Assembly: GCF_009914755.1 (NCBI RefSeq)
Contig: NC_060926.1
Direction: 5' to 3' (one strand)
Origin: the human T2T-CHM13v2.0 reference genome, Homo sapiens
Length of the DNA: 64,000 nt
Each line of letters opens with the position of its first letter. The first letter of the stretch is position 1. Of the stretch, positions 13,299-26,230 are shown piece after piece. Below the pieces are notes generated by a model. That model was not told where the DNA came from, searched no databases, and was given only the letters and a program-made list of their open reading frames with translations. The translations under genes were made by a program, and so were the position numbers.

Positions 13299-14354
13299 GG
13301 TTTATTTAACATCGATTTCAGTCTACTTGATAGCCAGTTTGATGTTTGAATTTTTCCCCCTATTTCTCCCTAAGACCTATTGTCCTGGATTCTGAGCATC
13401 TGCCCCATTCGAGGGGGCGGGGCAGAAGTGTCAAAAGACCATTTGTTCTAAGAGTACTTGTGTGCAGTCTCTCAACCCATTCCTGGTAGCAAAGCAGCTA
13501 CCCCTTCCTCCCTCTCCTTTGACCACCAGCAGCAGTTTGCAGGCAGTGAGCTTGCAATCAATATACTCTCCTTCTGCTAATATCCCTATCATATGAATGA
13601 GGAGGCTTGAAATGTGACATTCTAATTGACTGGTTGTTTAGCATGTCATGTAAACAGAACCTAAGTACTTCAGTTGAAACTAGCATTTCTGGTCACAGAG
13701 CCTGAGTTTTCAGCCCTACACCTTACTACTGTCTGGCCTAGATGGAGTGCAAACTAAGAGTACCAGCTACCACTACAATGTCCATGATGGCAAATAGATG
13801 GAGAGCAGGCAAATAGACTCTGATAAGCCATAATACAATAATCTGAGTTAATGGCTTAACTATTTTTTTTTCTGTTAGGCTTTCAACTTCAATTAGCATG
13901 ATAAAAATTAGAATAATGTATCTGGCAAAAGGAAAAAAAAAAAGGAATTTCAAAGATTTTGAAAACTGCAGTGTGACAGTCAAGTCTTCAATTATTTGGT
14001 GAGTTGGTACCCAGAATATCAGTATTTCTCTCCTTCTGACCTCCAAAAATCTGTTCTCTTTTATCAATTATGGATTTCAAGACCCACAACACCTTGGAAA
14101 ACAGCAATACGTTTACATTCAACTTAAATAGATCACTGCTTCCTGTGATGAGATTTAAGGTGACTTACAGCTAATTAGAACAAAAATAACAGTACGTGTG
14201 CTTGTCAGTAGGAAAGCCGTTTGATTTATGTATTAAAATGCTGCCATTCACGTTTGAGAATGAGACTCTTAACCTGCTGGCAGAGGTGGGATACTTGGGC
14301 TTTTGATCGAGGGATGGGGCTGCACAAGACAAGCCATGGTGAAGCAGAAGGGAT

Positions 14355-14807
14355 TGGATTGGTTTTCTAGGGCTGCCATATCAAGGTACCATGAACTGAG
14401 TGGCTTGAAACCACAGAACATTTATTCTCTAACGGTTTTGGAAGATGGAAGTCTCAAATGAAGGTGTTGCAAGGGCCATCTTCCCTCCAGAAACTCTAGA
14501 GAAGAATGCTTCCTTGCTGCTTCTAGTTTCTGGCAATCGCTGGCAATCTTTGGTGTTCCTTGGCTTGCAGATTCCTTGGCTTGCATCACTCCAATCTCTG
14601 CCTGCATCTTCACATGGCCTGCTCCCCTATGCGCCTGCGTGTCTGCTTTTCCTTTTAATAAGGACACCAGTTACTGGATTAGGGCCCACTCTAATCCAAT
14701 ATGACCTCATCTAACTATTATCTGCTAAGACCTCATTTCCAAGTAAGGTCACATTTTGAGGTGCTGAATGGACAAATTTGGGGGAGTACAAGATTCAGTA
14801 CAGTACA
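14355..14807 (-). mobile_element. MLT1C-like solo LTR
   Basis: ttctagggctgccata...tggcttgaaaccacag...ggattagggcccactctaatccaatatgacctcatct; internal ttccttggcttgca duplication. Confidence 0.85.
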
Positions 14808-14834
14808 AGGATGCTAGGAAGAAAATCAACTAGT

Positions 14835-14975
14835 CTGAATTCTTTCCCAAGATTTGCCACTACCTAATTGTGTGACACTGGGCAACTCACTTGACGGCTC
14901 CAGGCCTCGGTACCTTGCCTTAAAAGGAAGGGCTTTGAACTAGATGTTCTCTGGGGGACTGCCAAACTCTAGCCA
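14835..14975 (+). mobile_element. MIR3-like fragment
   Basis: tgccact...tgtgtgacactgggcaactcactt...ttgaactagatgttctct. Confidence 0.65.
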
Positions 14976-15448
14976 CTAGTGGTTCCCTCATGTATTCAGT
15001 TTCAGCTCTCCCAATTTCCCCTATGAACAATGGCATACACTTACCACCCAGCTGGCTGAAGCAGTGATCATACGGCAGAACAATGGAAAATCATCTCCTG
15101 TTAGGTAGCTTAGTTAGAGAGACAGGAAGTTTCTCTTAGGCCTCTTTATGGGCTCAATTTTAAGATATGGCATCGGGCAGAAATCAATGAAGTTTTTAAA
15201 GCTCAAACATTTTATTTATTTCTACCATGTTTTATTTTAAAGTCCTTTGAAAAGGTTGCCTAAGACATGGTAAAAAGTGAAGCAACATGATAACATTTGT
15301 GTAATATTTTCCTTAATTTAATTTGGCCTTTGCAAGCTAAATGTTCTCACAAGTTCTTGGCATCATGATAATGTTGATATCAAAATTCCATACCAATGAG
15401 CTTTTAGGCAGTACCTTTTCTGAGCTCATCTGTATTTCCAGAGCATGG

Positions 15449-15483
15449 AAATGTATCATCATGAAAATGTATCATCATGAAAA
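15449..15483. repeat. 16-bp tandem duplication
   Basis: aaatgtatcatcatga occurs twice in tandem. Confidence 0.85.
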
Positions 15484-15538
15484 TTATTAAGGACCTGTTT
15501 GAAACTGAGACGTGAAGAATAAACACTTCTTACCTTTA

Positions 15539-15841
<303 letters not shown>

Positions 15842-15869
15842 GTGTGTATCTTAACTACAACTTGTCGGG

Positions 15870-16105
15870 GAAGAAATAGCATGCAGTGGTAAAGAGACAA
15901 GCCTGATATCTAGGCTTGATATCTGATTTGATATCTAGCTGTCATTCATTCTCTGTGTGACTGTAGGTAAATTACTTAACCTCTCTGAGTTTCTACTTCC
16001 TCTTCTGAAAAATAAGACTAATCAAAATATCTTCTTCATAGATTGGCCGAAGAGATGAAGGCTGACATACGAAGGTCACTTAGCTTAGGGCCCAGCACAC
16101 AGGGA
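15870..16105 (+). mobile_element. MIR
   Basis: tgtgtgactgtaggtaaattacttaacctctctgag...ctcttctgaaaaat. Confidence 0.75.
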
Positions 16106-16664
16106 AAAAGGAAAGATTCTTCCTGAAAAATGTAGTAGGAGGCTAACATTCACACATTTGCCTCACTCCCCTAGGAAATATGCTTTCTTCTTCCTCTGTG
16201 CTCACACTACCTGACATATGTCTCCACCTACACTCAGAGAGTAGGATTCTAACTATTCTCGTGGCCCTCCACTACTCTGGGAGATCCTTGAAGACAATAA
16301 CCACATCGTCTTCATCTTTCTCTCTCTAGTGCCTAGCTGAATTGACTCTCCAAAATGAAGTAAATTGCAAAGAAATAAATATTGGGAAAACTTTAATTTC
16401 ATAGACTTTAAAAGGTATGATGAACTCAGAAAGAACAAAAACTAATTAGAAATGAATTATTTTAGGTAAAACAGACATAAACCCTTGACCCCTAGTGGAT
16501 AAATTTGTTTTTTGATCATTTCATCTAGAATGACATTAAGTGGTCTTTTTTCTTCCTGTGTCATGTAATATGTGTACTTAGACACTCTGTCTGTGTATGT
16601 TTGTGTGTGTAAACAGCAAATAGCCATGGCTATGTTAAACTATAATTATATACCCAGAGCCCTT

Positions 16665-16865
16665 TTAATTGCTTATTTATCACAACATCCTGATAAGGAA
16701 TGTCACAGATACTATCATTTTTTACAGGGAAGTCTCTGAGCCATAGAAAAGTTAAGTGGCTTAGTTTAATGCATACTGTCAATCAATGGCAAAGCAGGAG
16801 TTAGAGCTTGCAGCCATGGAGTCCCGTATTTATTGCTTAGCACCAATGCATGTGAGTTACCACCA
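16665..16865 (-). mobile_element. MIR
   Basis: tcacaacatcct...ttttacagggaag...gttaagtggctt...aatggcaaagcagga. Confidence 0.65.
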
Positions 16866-17393
16866 TGTGTAACAGCGTGTTCTTACAAGAAATCTTAGGA
16901 GACTGGGGGTAAAAATTGATCTGAAACAGATTGTCACCTTCTCTTAATTATTCATATGCACCTTAATTCTTCATATGCCCCAAACAGACTATCTTCTTTA
17001 TCTAGCTGCTTCATAGAACTGCTCAGAACAGCCCCTTACTGCACTGGTAATTACATATCTCTGCGTTGATGAGTAAAAAATAGCCATTGATGAGGGGGAC
17101 AGGGCTAGGAACCCTACTGACCTCACATGCCAGAGGAATGGAGGAGATCTCTGTATATCTAAGAATGTTGCCCGTACACTCAGCTAGCTGGACCTTTAAG
17201 ATGTTCTTTATTTATTTTTTTCTTTACTGCAACTTTTCCATCCTATCACTGGGTCTGCCTAAAGCTGTCACTACTCTGCTTTTAACCTGCTTTCTACTTT
17301 AAGCAGGACTCATTTGATATAAATGATCTGAAAACAAAATAAAGCAGAATTCATAGCTTCCAAGGAAACCACAAACCAGACATGGAAATTTAG

Positions 17394-17779
17394 TGTTACG
17401 AGCTAAATTGTGACCTCCCAAAATTCCTATGTTGACGTTCTCATTCCCAGCATCTCAGAATGTGATTGTGTTTGGAAATAGGGTCTGTAAAGAGGTAATC
17501 ATGTTTAAATGAAGTCATTAGCATGGACCCTCAACTAATAGGACTGGTGTCCCTATAAGAAGAGATTAGGACAGAGACATATACAGAGACAAATGTCTTC
17601 CATGTGAAGACAGAGGAAGGCGGCAGCCATCTAAAAGCCAGGGAGACCTCAAAAGAATCCAGATTGCTGACACCTTGTTCTCAGACTTGTAGCCTCCAGA
17701 ATTGTTAGAAAATAAGTTTCTGTTGTTTAAGTGACCAGTACGTGTTACTTTGTTATGGCCACTCTAGCAAATTGATACA
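17394..17779 (+). mobile_element. MLT1A0-like solo LTR, near full length
   Basis: TG...CA ends; tgttacgagctaaattgtg...gcctccagaattg...aataagtttctgttgtttaag...ctagcaaattgataca. Confidence 0.88.
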
Positions 17780-17859
17780 TTAAGCAATCTTGACATTACT
17801 TTCATCATTAATCAGCAAGCATGGGCTTGAAGAACTGAAAGTCTTCACTCTATCACACA

Positions 17860-18318
17860 GTAAAAACCTACTGTGCGCCAAGCTCTGGTCAGTTGCTGGG
17901 GCTACAGTGGTGAGCAAGACATAGGTGCTGCTTTTAAGAGGTTTTCAAGCCTCCTAAAGACAAAACAAGGAAAGATATCACAGTGTAATCAATTAGCAAT
18001 AAGACAGTGGCATGCCCAATGTGCCATGGGGACCCTGAGAAGAGTGACACAATCCAAAACATGCAGGAGAGAATAAGGTGTCAGGTAAGGCATTCAAGAG
18101 GGATTTGCACCTGAGCTATGTTTTTAAGAATGAATAGAAGTAAGCCAAAGACAATGGGCCTTCCATGAAACTTTTGCCCTTGGAAAAGCAAGAGTCCCTG
18201 GAGCAAGTGCATTCAAGAAAGCTGTACAGTCCAGCATAAAGAATCGGATGTGAGTGAAGGTCCCAGGAGAATAGCTGGAGGTCAGGAAGAGGGCAATTCA
18301 CAGTACCTTGTAGGTCAT
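17860..18318 (-). mobile_element. L2 3' segment (piece 1)
   Basis: acctactgtgcgccaagctctg...gctggggctacagtggtgagcaagaca...ctgagctatgtttttaagaatgaatagaag. Confidence 0.75.
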
Positions 18319-18319
18319 G

Positions 18320-18830
18320 ATGTTTTTTGGTTACAAACTGCAACATTCAGTTTAATTCAAATGATGGGGCTTTATTAGAATAGGTAGAGGAGTGAAGAAA
18401 CACGGAAAATATCTCATAAACCAAACAGTCAGGTCTCACAGAAAAGTGGAAGGTTGATCAGCTTGCAACAACAGCTCTGGGTTCATTGATACTGTTGCTA
18501 TTACAGCAAAACTTATCTCCTCCAAAATAAGTATATGTTACTCCTACTCCAGGGACTCACCGTACCTTGTATTTTACTCATCTTGGTCTTGGATTCTACT
18601 GCAGCTACATATATATCTTCTGCTCCACCAATTCTATCCTCTCCTCCACCCATAATGGATTCTGCTTACCCCAGCTTCTACCGCTTCATGGCCTTTGTTC
18701 ATCAATGTCTTTACTCAACAGACTTCACTATAAGTCTATTTTCTGTAATTCTGTTACAATTTATGTCTCTCATTTATAGCTCACATCCAAACTTCCTATG
18801 ATAGAGAATTCAACCTGGTCAAGAAGTCAC
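18320..18830. mobile_element. Old LTR-like element interrupting the L2; family uncertain, probably continuing at 19590-19780
   Basis: ttggttacaaactg start and agagaattcaacctggtc resemble old ERVL/MaLR LTRs; L2 similarity stops here. Confidence 0.35.
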
Positions 18831-18832
18831 AA

Positions 18833-19136
18833 GGCTGGGCATGGTGGTTCACACCTGTAATCCCAGCACTTTGGGAGGCCAAGGCAGGTAGATTGCTTGA
18901 GCTCAAGAGTTCAAAACCAGCCGTGGCAACATGGCAAAACCCTGTCTCTACAAAAAAATACAAGAATTAGCCAGCCGTAGTGGTGTACACATGTAATTCC
19001 AGCTACTTGGGGGGCTGAGGCAGGAGGATCACTTGAGCCCAGGAGGTCAAGGCTGCATGAGCCGTGTTCACACCACTGCACTCCAGCCTGGGTGACAAAG
19101 CAAGATCCAGTCTCAAAAAACAAAACAAAACAAAAA
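18833..19136 (+). mobile_element. AluJ
   Basis: J-type gattgcttgagctc and gaggatcacttgagcccaggaggtcaaggctgca; (CAAAA)n tail. Confidence 0.93.
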
Positions 19137-19150
19137 CCCTGTTAGGCACA

Positions 19151-19582
19151 TGTCTTCATCTGTTCTGGGTTGTTATAAAGGAATACCTGAGACTGGGTAA
19201 TTTAGAAAGAAAAAAGGTTTAATTGACTCATGATTCTGCTGCCTGGAGGACTGGGCATCTGGTGACAGACTCAGGCTGTTTCCACTCATGGCAGAAGGCA
19301 AAGAGGAGCCAGAGTACAGAGATCACGTGGCAAGAGTGGAAGCAAGAGAGAGGAGGGAGGTGCCAGGCTCTTCTTTACAACCAGTTCTCACAGGAACTAA
19401 TAGAGAACTCACTCACTGCCACCCTCGGGGAGCATCAATTCGTTCATGAAGGATCCACCCCCATCACCCAACACCTCCCATTAGGTTCTACCTTTAACAT
19501 TGGGAATCACATTTCAGCATGAGATTTGATGGGGACAAACTTGATACATTTGAATATATTGTAATATATTCAAACTACAGCA
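19151..19582 (-). mobile_element. MSTB-like solo LTR
   Basis: ataaaggaatacctgagactgggtaattt...ctcatggcagaaggcaaag...acacctcccattagg...catgagattt. Confidence 0.88.
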
Positions 19583-19784
19583 GCAGAGTTGGAGTCTTGG
19601 CTACTTCATCACCTGCTATGTATTAACCAGAGGCCTGTTTTGGGTTTAGTCCCCAATCTCTTATCCAGTCAGCCTTGTCCATAGTAGCTGGCCATAGTCA
19701 TATCAGCTAGTGCTCAAAGAAATCATTTTTATCAATTAGTTCTGAAGGAGTCTGTGGTAGTGACAGGCAAATAGCATTTCACAG

Positions 19785-20205
19785 TTATTATCCAGAAGAT
19801 GTTAAGGAGTCATTAAAAGATTTTAAGGAGAGAAATAGAATATAAATTTTTGTTTTTAAAAGTCTATAGCAGAAGAGAAAAGAATGATTGGAAGTGTGCC
19901 CCTAGAGGTAGAGAGACTCGTTAAAAAGCCACTGTGGTAACACAGCAAGAAATGCCAAGGGCTAGAACTGAGGCGTTGAGTGGTGATGACAAGAAGGGGA
20001 TAGAGTACAGAGATTTTAAATATGTTAAATTAATAGCATTTAAATGGTAACCAATGGAAATCATGAAAATTACAGAAAGCAGAGCAGTCAAGTTTGATGT
20101 TGAGATTTCTGGCTTAATGGATTTTGGAACCTTCACTGAGATAGGGAGCTCTGGAGAGAAAGAGCAGATTATGAGTGTGTTGAATTTGAGGTGACTGTGA
20201 GACCA
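19785..20205 (-). mobile_element. L2 (piece 2)
   Basis: ggagtcattaaaagattttaag...ttcactgagataggga...tgtgttgaatttgaggtgactgtgag. Confidence 0.75.
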
Positions 20206-20209
20206 CAAA

Positions 20210-20577
20210 TTAGGGCAAGTAATGCTTTTACAACTGTTATAGCTGAACTCCCCAAATCTCCAAGGCTTAATACCAGAAGAATTTGTTTCTTGTCAATTGG
20301 TGTTGCACTGTGGGAGTGCTCTGCTCCAGTTAGTTATTTAGGGCCATCTATTTTTAATATGTGGCTTCAAGGTCACCTTGGCCGTGTCCAGCACTGGATA
20401 GAAAAAGAGAGAGAATGAAGAAAGCACGCTTACCCTAAGCATCTAAGACCAGAAGTGACACATCACCTTAATCACATTCTTTTGGCAGGAACTAGTCACT
20501 GGGTGCAGGAGAGCTGGAAATAGTTTAACTGTGTACCTGGGAAGAAGAAATTGCAGTCATCCAGCCAGTCTGCCACA
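20210..20577 (-). mobile_element. MLT1J-like solo LTR
   Basis: cccaaatctccaaggcttaa...ccagaagtgacacatcac...ttggcaggaactagtcac...gtctgccaca. Confidence 0.7.
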
Positions 20578-20649
20578 AATAGCTGAGTGGAGTTTTCAGA
20601 AGCAAATGGATATAAGAGCAAATTCTGAGCTGATGATATATTTGGGAAT

Positions 20650-21090
20650 GGATCAGTTGGATCCCAAAGGCAGAGATGCAGCCAAGCTCCAAGAACAGAC
20701 TGAGACCTGGACTTAGAAGGGCTCACTCTCCTTATATCATCTCTCCTCTTTGGTTTCTTAGACCACATGGTAAAACATGACCTCTGATAACTACTAGCCC
20801 CAAGTGCTTTAGGAATAGACACATTTTTTAAAACACTAAATCTTTTTTTTTTTTGGTCCCAATTACAAATTTCTAGGAAAGGTTTCTGACTGATTCAGTG
20901 TAGATCATATGTCTACCCTCAGACCATTTAATTGGCTGAATCATGTCACAGGAGCTTAGCTGCTCAAAGTCACATTGAAGCATATAGATGGGAAGGGAGA
21001 GAATGATCAAGCTCAAGATATGCAAGAGGTGATTGCAGGGAAGCTGGAAGAAGGAGAAGGACTGATCAGGCAACCAAATAAGCAGCTACT
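20650..21090 (-). mobile_element. Old MLT1 (K to N-like) LTR
   Basis: aaatttctaggaaaggtttctgactgattcagtgtagatcatatgtctaccc. Confidence 0.45.
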
Positions 21091-21094
21091 ACTC

Positions 21095-21350
21095 AAAGTG
21101 ATTAGAGTGAGTATGGTAACTGAAGCCTTGGACCAAAAAGAGAGTACAAAGGGAAACAGGCCCCAGCTGAAACCCTTGAAAATACCACTTTACAAGTGCC
21201 AGGAGAAGAAAGTAAACCTGCAAATAAGTTTACGAAAAAAAGAACCTCAACTGTATGTGATGTCCAGGAAGGAATGAGGCTTAGGAGGAAGAGAGAGGTC
21301 AAGCTCTCAATTGCTGCATAGAAGTTAAACAGAGAAAAAGAAGGTAAGGA
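21095..21350 (-). mobile_element. L2 (later piece)
   Basis: tggtaactgaagcc...aaccctTgaaaataccacttt...ttgctgcatagaagtta. Confidence 0.55.
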
Positions 21351-21394
21351 ATTGGTGTCAATGTGACTAGGCTAAAGCTTTAAAGAGCTAGCCT

Positions 21395-21713
21395 ACAGCC
21401 ACAACAAGAATGACACTTGGAAACACCGTGCTAAATGAGAGAAGCAAAACACAGAAGTCTACATGTTGTATGATTCCATTTCTATGACATTTCCGGAATA
21501 TGTACATTCACAGATACAGAAAACAGGATTCCAGTTGCCAGGGGATGGGGGGAGTGGCTACTCAATGGGTATAGATTTCTTTAGGGAGTGATTTAAGGGT
21601 TCTGCAAGCAGATAATCCTGAAGGTTGCATAAGTTTGTGAGTGGACTAAAAGTCACTGAATTATACACTTTAAAATGGTGAATTTTATGGATTTCACTTC
21701 GATTTTTCAAAAA
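21395..21713 (+). mobile_element. L1MB-like 3' end
   Basis: gctaaatgagagaagc...tgtatgattccattt...ttgccaggggatgggg...cactgaattatacactttaaaatggtgaattttatgg. Confidence 0.85.
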
Positions 21714-22194
21714 TTAGCCCATTGCATGGCAAATGATATGGTAATAGGTTAGGGGGATGTTTTAATTTTCAATGGGAGAGTCTTGATGTTTTCTGTGTAA
21801 AAGGAGACACAACAAGTTGGGAGAAAAATCTGCAGAAGAAAGGGGTAATGTTTGGTTCATGCGTCTGATTGAATGAGAATATTGAGGACGCAGAGCACGA
21901 GCAATGGGTTAAATTTGGATGGAATAAGGTTTTCCATGAGGGAAGAAGAGAGACTAAATCCCAAAGCCAAAGATTTTGTAAGAGAAGGACAGTAAATTAA
22001 AGGAATAGCTCTGCTTATCTCAAATAGAATAAAGTGCTTGTGCTTTTGGATAACCATTTTAGATGTTATGTAATGTTACAATACCTTTGGGGAAATTTTA
22101 CTCAACTCCCGTATTAGGGAGCAAGGTGAAGTAACTTCCCCAGAATCAGAGATTTCCCTTCGTGCCCTGAGTCCTTTCACTCAATTCTAAGAAA

Positions 22195-22340
22195 CAGCAT
22201 TACATAGAAGAAAGGAGAGAACACTGGAGTCAGATGGAAATATGTTTAAGTCCCAGTTCCATTGCTTCTCAGCTGTATCACCTTGGTCAAGTTACTTAAC
22301 CTCCTGAGTTTTATTTCTACATGTGTAAAATAGAAAAAAA
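22195..22340 (+). mobile_element. MIR
   Basis: ctggagtcaga...gctgtatcaccttggtcaagttacttaacctcctgag. Confidence 0.78.
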
Positions 22341-23273
22341 AAATTACTTCTCAATTACTGTAGTTCCTACCCCTATCATAGCTACATAGTAAACATTCTT
22401 CTCCCCCTTTTTCTCTTGTACTCCAGCTTCACTTTCTGGTTGCCTCTCAGTTATGGGATAGCTGAAATTTGCAGAAATGTGGTAAATGTTAAGGAGAGGA
22501 GCATTGTTTTTATTTGACACTTCACTTTTTTTATGCCAAAGATATAAAAGAGAAAGTAGCACAACTCAAAATACTATTGGGCACTGTGAATATAACAGAA
22601 GGATAAAAGTAAGCATAATGACAGCTGATCTAAGAAAATTAAACATAGTAAACAAACCAAAGCAGGGAGAAGTCAAAGAGTATTTTCTGTGTGTAGTTCT
22701 GGGATGTACCAAATGACATGGGGTGACCCACTAAATAGCATAAAGCCTCCCAGAAGCAAGAGGGCATGTGATGACTATCCCCAGAGGTAGAGGTTGGGAT
22801 CAGGGATGCACCGCACTCAGAGTGTGATGTGTGACAAAGGGGAACAGCTGTTCAAAGAACTCCACAGTTCATCAACCATGACCACAAAAGGCGGTGCCGC
22901 TGAGACAAGCACCTTGTGACATTTGTTTGGCAGAGCAGCTGAGGAGCTGTCAGCTTAGAACAATAATGCATCAAAGAGATCCACCAAATCAGCAGTCCAG
23001 CCCACATAGACCAATGTACCTGTGAGACACAGAATAATCAGAACCCAGAGATGACAACCAAAGAAGAAAATGGAGAAGAGACTATATCTAGGATTGGTGA
23101 GGACGTTAAAATGAATGTGTTCACTTATCGTGTGTATATAAATTTTTTGGTAAATTCAATATTATAAATGCACCAGAGGAATTTTTAATTTAAAGGAGAC
23201 ATCAATTGCTACTATGAATCACTAACTTTAAACAATCATTTTTTTTCTTAATTTTGAGTTTTGGTATGTCTGA

Positions 23274-23560
23274 TGTATCAGTCAGTGTTTATTAGGTTTT
23301 GCTGCTATAACAAACAAACCCCACATGTCAGAGGCTTACAACAAAGTGTTATACTTGGACTGGAGAAGAATCCAAGTTTCTTGCTCACAGTACATAAAGG
23401 ATGTGAGTTTGCTGGGGCTTTTGCTCACTCAGGGAGCTCATCACTTTCATTCAGGTTTCATTGGTCAAAGCTAATCCCCTGGCCAAGCGTTTATCAATGG
23501 TGCAGGGAAATAGAATTGATTTTCAGGGAGAAGATGACAAATAATTGAGAACAATATTAA
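23274..23560 (-). mobile_element. MLT1I-like LTR, internally deleted
   Basis: tgtatcagtcag...gctgctataacaaacaaaccccacat...tttcattggtcaaagc. Confidence 0.65.
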
Positions 23561-23829
23561 ACAAAATATATCATAACTTACATTCCTAATATGGGGTACA
23601 CCTGCATATGTGAATCTGTCAAACATAAAATTACACTAGCACAAGTTAGAATAGACAGGCTTCTCTGAGAAAATTAGGCAAAATGTAGCAAAATGAAACA
23701 AAATATAACCCTGTTACATCAGAAGAATATTTCAAGGAAGAACTTTATGGCTTCTGAGAAGCAAGGTTTAAATAAAGTATGACTAGTTCAATGAGTATTA
23801 TTTCTATTAACACAGATGCTACTTGATTA

Positions 23830-24398
23830 GGCAGCCATCTTTGTGCAAGTGACAAAGCCTAAGCCCATGCTAACAAGAACAAAAGGAAAGCTATTGGTTC
23901 ATATAACTGAAAAATCTAAGAGTAGGTAAAATTTTATGCATGGCTAGACCCAGAGGCTCACAAATATTTTAACGATTCTGTCCCTTTGTCCTTCCATCCT
24001 TTGGTGCTGCTTTTCTCTCTATTCCTTTGCATTCTTGTGCATGCTCCCCACCCCCATGCATTTGTGTAGCAAAGGTGGCCACTATTGGTTTTCTATCCCA
24101 CCAACCTAGTAAATACACTGAAAGAGGAAATGTCTTTCTAACAGCTCTGGCACCATTTCCAAGGAGGATTCTGACTGGTTCAGTTTGGATCATGTGTTTA
24201 CCTCCATAACCAGGAAAGAGGATATTCTGAGGTCAGGTCTCTATCAACTGTCCATCTAAGGTACTGGGGAGGCAGAGTGTGTGGAGAGTCACCCAGACCC
24301 CAGGGACTGAATAAGACTGTTGAGATGACAAAGAGGTTATTGACAAAGGAGATGCTGTGCAGAAAACAGATAAAGAAGCAAGCAAGTGAAGTCTATCT
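23830..24398 (-). mobile_element. MLT1K-like solo LTR
   Basis: tgcaagtgacaaa...tattggttcatataactgaaaaatc...gcatggctagacccagaggctca...ctgactggttcagtttggatcatgtg. Confidence 0.75.
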
Positions 24399-26079
24399 AA
24401 GACCCTACCTGCAGATGTTTCTGGGATGAGGTTATATCTGACCTTATTCACCAACTGTCATCTATTTCTTCCATTATTTCTCCACAATGAATCAGTGTAG
24501 TACACCAGCTCCTAATAAGCTAACAAACTAATTTGCAGCAAAATTCTGTAATACTATTCCTAATTTTCTAAAGTTCAAAAGGAAATCACTGGAGACATCC
24601 ACTCCATTTTGCTACAATTACAGTATTTTATGTTAAATTCATCCACTGTATCCTCATCTACTACAGTAGTCTTATTCAGCATAACTTTATTCCCACATAA
24701 ACAGGAAACACTGTAAATTGCTTATCTAAGGTTTTCTTTCTTGCTACAATGCCTTTAATTATTTATCCAGTCCTAGGCATAATAAAATATTATAATTTAC
24801 TCTCATAGACATGAGTCCTTCTCAATTATTCCGATTTGGAATGTTTTTAGCAAGGAAAACTACTTTGCCATGCAGAATGAGTACAAGACTATTAGAATGA
24901 CCTAAGACAGATCTGTTCGCCAGCCACTCTGCCAGAAACATTTTAGCAGCAAAGTAAACAAGGAGACCCTACCCTCTGCATGTCTCTGAAGAGTTTCCCA
25001 GATGAGAGTCAGGAATGACTTGGGCCTTTTTCCTCTTCCAAGTCAGCCTTCTTTAACCTCTCATGTTTGTGACAGTGTCCTCCATTTTGAAGGAAAATCT
25101 CTCAGCTCATCTTTGAGTCTCAAAGTCTCTTCAGATCATCTTTATTTATCCTGTTTTCCCAGACGTTCTTAAAGGCAAATCAGAAATTAAAGTTTATCAG
25201 AATTAAGCAGGTGTTGCCTACCTCAAGACTTGAATGTACTTAAAATTCATCCTTGAAATGTTACACAACTGTGTTTTTTTTATAGCACTAGGTACTTTTT
25301 TTTTTTTAAGTTTCTAATTTGGTGTCTTGGGTGTTTTCTTCTTGTTTTTTCCTTTCAAGGGCACACTTCACTTATGGTAGAAAACTTTCTGGAAAAGTGA
25401 CAAATATACTGCTGTTCTCATTTGCCCATGAAATAAAGTTTCCATCCAGGCCAACTCTTAGATTTCTAAGGTCTTTGCATTACTTTGATTGTTCCTGAAC
25501 TGCCTTCTAATACAGCATAGTCTTTAGTTGTGCTTTCGAAGTGTCTGGTTTATTAAAAATTTTCATAAACAACTATGTCATACTTTCATGTTAATGATTG
25601 GTTCAACGGTTTTTATTGTTCTTGCTTTTTTTATATTGATTTGACTTTAAACTTCTCAAGATTGGAAAACATTCTGCTAATACTCTCTCCTCCCACTGTA
25701 AAGTCACTGAGAGCTGTGGAAATTAAATTATGAAGGCTGCTAAGAAAATCCCTACTCCCCATCCTTTGCTGATCCTTCGTTACTGCCTTTTTGTTTATCA
25801 TCTACCATTTTTTGTTGCTGAGCCAGTTGTGACTCTGAGGGCCTGCTCAGAGGTTTCTTAGAGGACTGCAACCTTGTTGGTGTCAGGGATTATGCTGTCT
25901 CATCTTTGTTTCATCTGAAATGACAGATTCTCAGCAAACACTTCTTAACTTCAATGATTTCAATTTTCTGTTACTTGCCAAGATAATAAATCCAGGGGTC
26001 TTTCAAACATCAGTTTTGCCCAGTTGATGGACTACCACTTAGGAACCACTGGCAGAGAACTTCACTGCCCCACTAGTTT

Positions 26080-26230
26080 GGCAGTGACATCTTTCAGCAG
26101 ATCCCTTAGTCTATTCCTGCTTCAGGTTCCTCATCTGTAAATGAGAACCAGTATATTTCTACCAAAATATTCCCACCATCTACCAAACAGAGCTGTTCTA
26201 TCAAATAAATTATCTCTGTAAAAGTATTTG
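26080..26230 (+). mobile_element. MIR fragment
   Basis: cttcaggttcctcatctgtaaatgag. Confidence 0.6.

Noticed and set aside
13413-13422. GC box gggggcgggg as a promoter signal
   Set aside because: Single motif with no CpG island or other support
13738-14067. 109-aa minus-strand ORF
   Set aside because: AT-rich, non-ATG start, no recognisable homology or splice structure
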